Source: a virus
Taxonomy: Duplodnaviria; Heunggongvirae; Uroviricota; Caudoviricetes
Direction: 5' to 3' (one strand)
DNA length: 18,270 bases
Virus record (IMG/VR): IMGVR_UViG_3300031857_000071
Span: 1 to 18,270 of that record
Positions 1 through 9,000 of this stretch are shown here, one piece after another. The first letter of the stretch is position 1. Each line of letters begins with the position of its first letter. The translations under genes and the position numbers were made by a program. The notes beneath the pieces are model-generated. The model saw only the letters and a list, made by a program, of their open reading frames with translations, was not told where the DNA came from and made no database searches.

Positions 1-2864
1 ACAGCAAGAATACCGTAGCCCGTTGATATTGAAGAAGTGCCGGAATATATTACTGAATTGCTTGTGCCTAATGCGGAAATTCTAAGTGTGTATGTGAATG
101 GTTCGCCTGGTAAAGCACCAAACAAACCAAACACACCTGTCACATCGCTTCCATTTGCATCTAAATTGTCAGCAAAAATTCTAGATACTGCTGTAAAATT
201 TCCGTTTGCTGTGTTAGCATTGAAACGAATATTACCATTACCTGGATCTGATCCTGTGAGACCAGATTGCTGGAATGCGTTGGCCAAATTGTATTGGATG
301 ACTGTTGATGTTCCAAGATTTATTACGTTTGATGTAATTCTGCTATTAATAACCGAATTAGCGGATGCCGCATTAGCAGTAATCGAACCATTAATTGTGG
401 ATACGTTAGTCGAAATTTTCGCATTTATATCCAGCCTCATATCATTTTGTGATTTGGCTGTGGCGGCTAATGTTGTGCTTGTGCTTGTATTCGAATCATT
501 CAGTTGAACAATACCAGCATTGCTTGTGTTAGCAACATACTTTTCAGTAACGATTGTGTAGTATGTGTTCTGTTCTGCACCAGTTGCACCATGAATACCA
601 CGAATCTTCCATTGTTTGTTTGCGTTTTCAAACTGAATATATGCATTTGGTGTGAAGGTTGTTTCAGTGTTTTCACCACGGTTAATACCAAAACGACCAG
701 TCTGTGATAAAGTAATTGGTGTTCCACCATACAAATCAAATTCTGCTGAGTTGTATACTGTACCACCATCAATAACGAAGTTGCCTTTAACTGTTAAATC
801 TTTACCAGCAATAATAGAATTGTTAGCAAAGATGTTATTTGCATTTAGAGATGGTGTATAAATGTCTGTATTAGCAGTCAAGAATTTCGTATTGATATTA
901 TCTACAACAGAAACGTATTGTACGTTTGCAGACTGTAAGTTAGCTATACCATTGGATGTTAATCTGTTTGTATATACATGTGTAACTGCTGAAAGGGAAC
1001 CCGTGTTGATTGTATTTGCATTAGCAATACCAACAATATTAGCAGAAGCCGCATTGATTGCATTGATAATATTTGCTGAGCCACCAGAGAGTGTGGTGTT
1101 AGCTGTGATAGTACCACCAAGAATTGTTGTTACAGCCGATAAAGTTCCAACGTTGGCTGTGTTAGCCTGTGCAGTGCCGACAATGTTAGCCGATGCGGCG
1201 TTGATTGCACCAATGATGTTAGCTGAACCACCAGAGAGTGTGGTGTTAGCTGTGATAGTACCACCAACCAAAGATGTGTTGGCAATGATATTACCAATTC
1301 TAGCGGAACCAGCATCCAATAGACCAACAACGTTGGCTGTGTTAGTATTAAACTGTGTGTTAGCAGTAACGGTACCACCAACAAAAGCTGTTACAGCCCA
1401 AGCCGTGCCTGTATTAACAGTGTTGGAAGTCATTCTACCAACGATGTTAGCCGAAGCCGCATTCAAATCTGTGTTGGCCGTGATAGTGCCACCAAGGATT
1501 GTTGTTACGGCAGATAATGTTCCAACGTTGGCGGTATTGGCTTGTACAGTACCAACAATATTAGCAGAAGCCGCATTGATGGCACCGATAATATTGGCTG
1601 AACCACCAGATAGTGTGGTGTTGGCGGTGATTGTACCACCAACTAATGATGTATTGGCAATTATATTTGCAATTCTAGCTGAACCCGCATCCAATAAACC
1701 TACTACGTTAGCAGTGTTAGTGTTCAACTGGGTATTGGCTGTAACAGTACCACCAACAAAACCAGTTACTGCCCACGCTGTGCCAGTATTGACCGTATTT
1801 GAGGTCATTCGGTTAAGAACGTTGGCTGAACCTGCATCTAATGTGGTGTTTGCTGTAATTGATCCTGCGATAACAGTCGTAACGGCAGATAATGTTCCAA
1901 CATTACCGGTGTTAGCTTGCATTAGACCAACAATGTTAGCCGAAGCGGCATTGATGGCTCCAATAATATTGGCAGAACCACCGGACAATATTGTATTGGC
2001 AGTAATTGTACCACCAACCAAAGATGTGTTAGCGACTACGGTTCCAATTCTGGCTGAACCAGCGTCCAATAAACCAACAACGTTTGCGGTATTTGTATTG
2101 AACTGTGTGTTAGCAGTAACAGTACCACCAACGAAACCGGTTACAGCCCAAGCTGTACCTGTGTTGACGGTATTTGAAGTTACTCTACCAACAACGTTGG
2201 CTGAACCTGCATTTAATGCTGTGTTAGCAGTAATAGTACCAGCAATAACAGTTGTGACCGCCGATAGTGTACCAACGTTACCGGTATTTGCTTGCATCAA
2301 ACCAACAACGTTGGCTGTTGCCGCATTCAAAGCACCGTTGGCGGTTAATGTTGTTGCGAATGTTGTTGTAGTGTGTGCAAGTGGTGTTATAATCCATGTA
2401 TTGGACGTTAAGTTTGCAACTCTTGTATTACCACCTACGACCAAGTTGTTCGCAAGTGTTACGTTACCATTTAATAATGTATTGTTTGCAACATAAAGGC
2501 TAGGGCCATTTGTTCCATTAAGACCTACACCATTAATTTGTAGGTTTGCAATGTTTGCTACACCATCAACACGAAGTCCTAGACCTGTGTTGTTCGCCAC
2601 ATAAATGAAACCTTGTGTACTAACAGTTAAACCATTTTGAATGGTTGCAGAAGAACCAGTACCAGTAACTTGGAAAGAACCTTGGATGATTGCATTGTTG
2701 GCAACCTGTAGTCCAGTTCCTGAAGAATTAATAATGAACGAACCGGTATTTTTGGTGTAGTTGTTCGCACCAATATCATTGGTTTCAGCCAACACACTAT
2801 TGGTTGTGGTTACCCAATCACCAAATGTGTTAGCATAATTTAGAGGTGTAATTTGATTAGCCAT
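1..2864 (-). CDS. Long tail fibre-like protein, >=954 aa, 3'-truncated by the window edge; absent from the ORF track
   Basis: Hand translation from ATG 2864 (MANQITPLNYANTFGDWVTTTNSVLAETND...) stays open to base 1. The N-terminal NTFxxWxxxTN resembles fibre N-termini of T4-like phages. It has a beta-repeat shaft (1028-2330). At 441-533 it reads ANTSNAGIVQLNDSNTSTSTTLAATAKSQND, resembling the phage tail fibre repeat (GIVQLSSATNSTSETLAATPKAV type, Pfam Phage_fiber_2). A DPGNGNIRFN...IFADNLDANG module lies near 130-260. Confidence 0.93.
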   Translation of the reverse strand, partial: MANQITPLNYANTFGDWVTTTNSVLAETNDIGANNYTKNTGSFIINSSGTGLQVANNAIIQGSFQVTGTGSSATIQNGLTVSTQGFIYVANNTGLGLRVDGVANIANLQINGVGLNGTNGPSLYVANNTLLNGNVTLANNLVVGGNTRVANLTSNTWIITPLAHTTTTFATTLTANGALNAATANVVGLMQANTGNVGTLSAVTTVIAGTITANTALNAGSANVVGRVTSNTVNTGTAWAVTGFVGGTVTANTQFNTNTANVVGLLDAGSARIGTVVANTSLVGGTITANTILSGGSANIIGAINAASANIVGLMQANTGNVGTLSAVTTVIAGSITANTTLDAGSANVLNRMTSNTVNTGTAWAVTGFVGGTVTANTQLNTNTANVVGLLDAGSARIANIIANTSLVGGTITANTTLSGGSANIIGAINAASANIVGTVQANTANVGTLSAVTTILGGTITANTDLNAASANIVGRMTSNTVNTGTAWAVTAFVGGTVTANTQFNTNTANVVGLLDAGSARIGNIIANTSLVGGTITANTTLSGGSANIIGAINAASANIVGTAQANTANVGTLSAVTTILGGTITANTTLSGGSANIINAINAASANIVGIANANTINTGSLSAVTHVYTNRLTSNGIANLQSANVQYVSVVDNINTKFLTANTDIYTPSLNANNIFANNSIIAGKDLTVKGNFVIDGGTVYNSAEFDLYGGTPITLSQTGRFGINRGENTETTFTPNAYIQFENANKQWKIRGIHGATGAEQNTYYTIVTEKYVANTSNAGIVQLNDSNTSTSTTLAATAKSQNDMRLDINAKISTNVSTINGSITANAASANSVINSRITSNVINLGTSTVIQYNLANAFQQSGLTGSDPGNGNIRFNANTANGNFTAVSRIFADNLDANGSDVTGVFGLFGALPGEPFTYTLRISALGTSNSVIYSGTSSISTGYGILA
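1028..2330 (-). repeat. In-frame tandem repeat: three 375-bp (125-aa) units plus a partial chimeric fourth unit
   Basis: Units span 2330-1956, 1955-1581 and 1580-1206. The Trp codons of GTAWAVT lie at 2148, 1773 and 1398, exactly 375 bp apart. Each unit is three related 38-aa subunits plus an 11-aa spacer. Unit 4 is one 38-aa subunit plus spacer (1205-1059), followed by a degenerate copy. Confidence 0.95.
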
Positions 2865-3084
2865 TGCTGCCTTTGCCTATTAATTGCTTCAGTAGTTCTT
2901 TGATATCATTTACGTCAGATTTCATTGACGCAATCTCTGTCTTTATGTTATTTATTTCTTCTTTTTGGGCATCCATCATTCTAACTTTGGAATAATACTC
3001 ATCTCTAGCGGCACTGTCTTTGTTAATCAGTGCCATAGATTTCGTATCACGTAAAAATTTAGAATCTCTAACTTCAACTAACAT
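2857..3084 (-). CDS. Small hypothetical protein (75 aa) with C-terminal coiled coil
   Basis: ATG 3084 lies 1 nt after the VrlC stop, so it is preferred over the track's GTG at 3093. The sequence is MLVEVRDSKFLRDTKSMALINKD...INNIKTEIASMKSDVNDIKELLKQLI with a clear heptad pattern. It resembles the small gene usually found after VrlC in T4-like phages (recalled, not searched). Confidence 0.85.
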   Translation of the reverse strand: MLVEVRDSKFLRDTKSMALINKDSAARDEYYSKVRMMDAQKEEINNIKTEIASMKSDVNDIKELLKQLIGKGSNG

Positions 3085-3085
3085 A

Positions 3086-6000
3086 TTAAACACCTGATGG
3101 TAGTGCTAGAACACGAAGATCATGTACGATTGGTGTTTTGGTTGTGTCTGAAGTTGCCAAAACAATCTTGATCGCAAACTGACTAAATGTGGTAAATGTT
3201 GAACCGTCAGTGCTTGTGTAAGAAATTTGATTGTCCGCTTGACCGCCAGTACCAGGTGCGGCAACATACTCTCTAAGATCATCTCTACTCAATGAGAAAG
3301 AGTTTGGTGATTCACCAACATTTGTCATCAGTACCCAGTTTTGGTCATTCAGATTTGCAGTATCATTATTATTTAGAATTTTATAATAAACATATACCTG
3401 TGAACCTAATGGTTTGTATGCTGTGTAATAAACTCTTAAGTCGCCAGATATATTTTCTGGAGACAATACAACAGGCTTAGTTATGTATCTTGCAAGTCCA
3501 TTACCACCCTTAGCTGATGTTTCACCTGAAACTACTGCTGTTGCGCTAACAGTTCCGTTAGAAGCAATCGTAATTGTTGGTGTTTGGATATAACCAGAAC
3601 CTGGAGTTGTAATATTAATCTTGTCAACATAAAAACCAGTTGTTGCAGGATTATACACCAAGTTTGCAGTAGCATATGCTTGTGAACCACCAGATGCTGT
3701 TGGTGCGGAGATTGTAACTGTTGGTGGTGTTGAAGAATAGTTTGCTGTCACACCAACAGTGTTACCGGATGTCACATTAATATCTGTATTAGCCAACGAC
3801 ATGTTGTTAATCGAATACTTGATAACATATACAGAAGTTCCATCATCTGCTATAACCGGAGAAACATATTTGTCTGTTGTAGCCATAGATGCTGCCAATA
3901 CAAAAGAGGTGGCCGAATTGGAATCAATAACTCTTGAACCTTTTCCATCATCCAAATAGATATGGTCGGGCATTGTTGTAGCGTATCTGCCTGGTTGCAC
4001 ATCCCTAGTTGAGTCAATGGAATAATCTGAATATAGTTTTGGTGTATAAGTATATGATAGTGATGTTCCTGTTGGTGTAAAATCTGTAACAGTTACGTTG
4101 AAAGCATCTGCACGAACATCTCTACCAAAATAATTACCGTCCAAGTTTGTAAGATTGTTTGCGTTGTTTGCAAAATATTCTAAATCGGAGTTAACCAACT
4201 TTCTCATTGGTACCTGTTTTGGTACAATGTATTGAACTGTTGGTGCTGCCAAAGTATTGAACACACAGTTATCAATAACAAACATCATTTGTTTTGTTTG
4301 GTCGGCAGACCAAGTAATACCGTTTTGAGACTCGAACAACGAACCAATATAAGGTGTTCCACCAATTTTTGTTAGTGTTGTTGGTGTAGCATCTGTTGGA
4401 AGGTTTTTAACTGAAGAAGGAACAGCAATTGCATTCTGTGCGGCAACCCAAATTTCATAATCAGGTGTTGTTGTTTGAAGCACGAAAGCATACAAATTAC
4501 CAGACCTAATATACACTGGAGCATCAAATGTAAATTCTGTGTATGATGCTGGATCCAGATATTGTGGTGTGCTTGATACATTAATTTGTTGTGCAGTTTT
4601 CACCACCAATGTACCATCAATTGCTTGACCATCAGGATAGCCATTCACCGTATCTGTGATAAACATTTTTACTGCTGGTGAATTTGTTGCAGTTGGTTTT
4701 GTTTTAAAGTAAACCTTAATTGATTTAATAAATGCACCATTTGGATATGTTGATTTATCGATAATAAAGGTTTGTGCAACAGGGTCAACAGTATATGAGA
4801 ATTGATTAATCAAAACGTTGTCACGATTTTGTATTGAAGTAAACACAGTGGACTTAGCGGCCGCTTGCACTGTTGCACCAAAATTCAGAGATTGGCTTTT
4901 TGTTGCAAGTGAAGAAGCGGTAAAAATGCCTTGTGCAAATGTTGTAGCAGAATCTGGATCAAAGTCGGTTGACCTATTATCAACTCTTAATAGTCTATCA
5001 CCCGTTTTGAATGTATTGGCAGGTACTTCAAAAATACCAGAGAAGTTACCTTGTTCATCAGTAGATAGTACGGGAACTTTAGCTGAACTTCCCGCCTGTG
5101 AAATAAGGAATGTTGTTCCTGTAATCGAATAGCCAGAATTAATTCTACTTCTTACGGAAGGTTGGCCATAAACTGTTCCATTTGTACCTATAGAAACATT
5201 TACTGGATTACCAAGTGTTGCTACCTTTGTTGTTCCATTGTATGCAGTAATTGTGGCAGTGTAATATTCATTTTTATTTTCCCATGAAAATACGTCACCA
5301 TAAAGGTCTTCCAACCAAAAACCCCATTCCCAATCACCAACCCATTGTTGACCAATTACAGCTTTGGTGGCTGTCTGCCTTTGATTCCCGGTTGTAATTT
5401 TGATTGTTGAACCAACATAAAAATCTGTCACTGATGACGCCGCCGGTCCTAGAGTGAGTGATGTTACACCTGAATAGTAGAAACCACCACCTGGAAGGGT
5501 TGATAATGTTCCTGATGACGCTTGAAGTTCACCACTTAAACTAACTTGTGTAGATGTTGCGTTAGAATAGGTACCAGACGCTGTAAACCCACTGTATACA
5601 CCTGTTTGGTCAAATGTTGCATTCTGCAACGTTGCTGTGGTACTGTACGTGGAGGTTTTTTTGTCGGAAGTGAGATACAATCTGACAGAAGTTGAACTTA
5701 GTTTTGTTACAGAAACCACACGTGCGGTTGGAGTAAATGTTCCTGCCGTGAAGAAACCTACAACATCACCATCATTAAATGTTCCAGTAACGTTTGTTAA
5801 TGTCACTGAATTTGGTTGAATGAAATAATCATTTACTTTTTGATTATCAAAGAACACGGAAACAGGAGTATTAATCTTCATGCCTTTGGCACGAACGATT
5901 AAGTTTTGACCACGAATGTATGGTAACAAAGTCACATCGGTTAAATAAGTTCCATTCAAGGAAGAAACTTTGTCATAATTTCCAGAAATTGTTTGTCGTG

Positions 6001-9000
6001 CTTGACTTTGATAAGTGCTTACTGTAACAGTTCTACCGGATGCTGATGTTGTGTCGTATGTTGTTCCCGAAATAGCTTGCCAATCTGTTGCGGCCAACTG
6101 ATTAAGAGTTGTACCTGCTTGATAGATTGACATATTTGGATCAGTGATAAGAATATCTGGATCTCTTGTTGAGGAAACCCACATGTCCATTGGAGGATTA
6201 ATATCAAGTAAGCCTTCACCAATAGTAACTGCAAATGGATTCAAACTGATTGTATTACTTGCCAGTTTTTGCACTGCCAAATTGGCAGATGTGTATGGTA
6301 GAGTAATTAATGTTGATGCACCACCAGTTGATGTGTGATACTTGTAACCCAATGCTGTTTGTGCGGCCGCAGATAGGCTACCATAAGAGTTGAATCCATC
6401 TTTAGCAAACAGAGGAGCGTTTAGTACCCAATCTGTTGCGGTCATAAATGAAAGACGCTTATTAATCTTTGCAGAATAGTCTGCATTTCCAGTATCTGCT
6501 GTTGAGAAACTTGTAAAGTTATCAACAAGAATACCATTTTTGAAACGATTCAATCCTCTCGCATCAGGAATTTGGAGATCCGCCGCTTGTTTCTCCAACA
6601 AACTCAATGAAGTGTAATACTCAATATTATTTACACGTGTTTGTAAATCAGAAATGTCAGACATAGCCCAACGTCTGTGTTGCACCTTTTCAAATGAAAG
6701 GTTCGGCATAACACGAGAATTATATTCGCCAGGCAAATACGCTGTATATGGATCGAGTGTAATTTTTCCTAACAACAAACTTCCATCTGGTTCAGATGGG
6801 AACGTTGGAGTGTTAGCTGGTTTTCCTTGTATAATTTTAAAGTTATTATCTTTCGTCAATACGAGATAGTCTTTTCTACCAAGATAATGTGTGTAGTCTG
6901 TAATAAAGTTCGTCAAGTCTTGTGGTAAAAGAGCACCACCGGTTGTTGAGATAGAACCAGAATAACGGAAAGCAAAAGTTGATTGTGCATTCACTTGTGA
7001 AAGTCTAAAGTCAACAGCATCTCTAAGTAAATAAGACGTACCGGCTTTACTTGTGTATGTTCCAATTTCAGCATAGTTTTCGGGCTTAGTTGACACACCA
7101 CCATCACCAGCACCAAGGTATGAATTCACTGAGAAGTAACCATCACCACCGGAATGTAGATAATAATCCAGTAGTACAAGTAATGCACCTTTTGGTGGTG
7201 GTGCACCAACTTTTAGACGTATTGATGAATGTCCATAATATGTGTCTGTTTGACCATTATCAAACAAGAAATTATTGGTAACATCATATGCAGAATTCGT
7301 CAACATTGCATTTGTTGGAACAGTAGTTGGTGTTCCAGTATCAATGATTTTAACAATGCGTTTAACATCAGAGATGTACAGAGATTGTTTTGAACCTGGA
7401 GTAACCAAGTTTGCATATGGAATATAAACTTGTGAGTTTACCAAATCAACACGAATGCCACCAACGTTTGTGCCGGAAAGGTTAACACCAGTTGTGTTTG
7501 CTGTAGTCAAGTTCTTCGACTTCAATGCAAGTGATGTTGTACCCGCATTTGTAACAGCAACCTTTGCAATGATTGTAGCAGTAAAGGTTGAAGAACCTGC
7601 TGTAAGTGTTGCAATTTTTTTGGTTGAATCGAGTTCAATCTTACGTGTTGCAGAACCTGTAGTAAAGTTGATAACGTTACCTGTACCGAATCCACTGGCC
7701 GCACCGTCAGTTACAACAACAATCCAATTAGCTTGTACTTCAGCCGCTGATTGTATTGCAGATGATGTACCGTTGAAAGTTAAGTCTGCCGTACCCAAGT
7801 TAAACTGTGCAATACCTGATGCAAACGAAACTGTTCTTGTTGTTTTCCAAGAACTGTAAGAAGTGTCAGATAAGTTAAATAGATATGGATAACCTACATT
7901 GAACAATAGTTCAGGTGATACACCGTTCAAAAGAACTGTATTTCCATTGCTTACGTTGTTCGGAGTTTTACCCAGAGCAGGGTCAATACCCGCAGAAGCA
8001 GACCTATTAAATCCTGTGGAGGTTGGAGCCACCATCATGTTGTAATTTTTAGTGTCAAATCTGAGTGAGAACGTTGAACTTGACGTTGGTGTAACGGCAA
8101 AAGCTGTATCGACTGTTGCAGTTTTAGTTGAATGGTTATAACCAACAATTCTTCCAGCATAACCAGCACCTGGACCCGAATCGATTGTCAATGCTACATT
8201 GAAATATGAGTTTGCAACAGTACCATTAAACTTTCCGGTTGTATCTGTGAAAGTAACGGTGCTTGTTGTTGCAGAAGCTACAGTGCCTGTCAACACAGCA
8301 TTTTGAAAATCAGAAACGTATGCTTTGTACACATATGTTTGTGTGTTTGCGGCATCTGATGCAGAATAGTGTGACAATCCACGTAAGTATCCTGAACCAA
8401 CTTTAGTTGAATTATAAGTTGTTGTGTTTGTTGTTACAAGTGAACTGTTTGCATTGATACAATGGAAATCCACGGCAACAACAGACGAAGTATCAAATAC
8501 CCCGTTTGCGTTATTGATGTAGAGAAAGTTACCATAATCAACAGACAAAAAGTTGTTGTTGATGGCTTCAGTTGTTCTCGCACGGGGGGCTTCTAGTGTA
8601 ACATCAAGTGTATTTTCTACACGATAACCCTTGTTGTATGCTACACCTTTACCAATTTGTAATTGATATGTTGTGTTTGAACTACCTGGAGTTGTGTTTG
8701 CTTTTGGTATAACTCTGAAATCCTGAACAACGAAGTCACCGTTCGTATCGTAGGTTCTCTTAGCAAAGTAATCATTGATAACACCATATACTGTACCATC
8801 AACAAGACGTTGAATTATACCGGAGGTGATACGTGTGAGTTCAATGAAACCAGAATCTGAACCAAGTTCGATTGGCCTTGTATCAAGTGTGAGTGTAATT
8901 GTATAACGGTCTGCACCTGGCGCTTGATAGTTTGTAGCGCCAACTGCTGGATCCAATAAGTTTGGATCAGTCACATAATCGGAAACATATTCTGAAATTG

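Noticed and set aside
1028-2330. Repeats as a CRISPR array or as a diversity-generating retroelement TR/VR pair
   Set aside because: The repeats are in-frame multiples of 3 with no spacers. Differences involve all bases at third codon positions rather than being adenine-specific, and no reverse transcriptase or cas gene is present.
862-2496. 544-aa plus-strand ORF (also 37-507 and 652-861 in the same frame)
   Set aside because: It is an antisense shadow of the fibre gene. In this register a stop arises only opposite NNY-TAN or NNT-CAN codon pairs (Tyr, His or Gln), which the repeat shaft almost lacks.
3085-3093. GTG start at 3093 for the small gene, as given in the track
   Set aside because: It overlaps the VrlC stop. 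ATG 3084, immediately after that stop, fits the operon's coupling pattern better.
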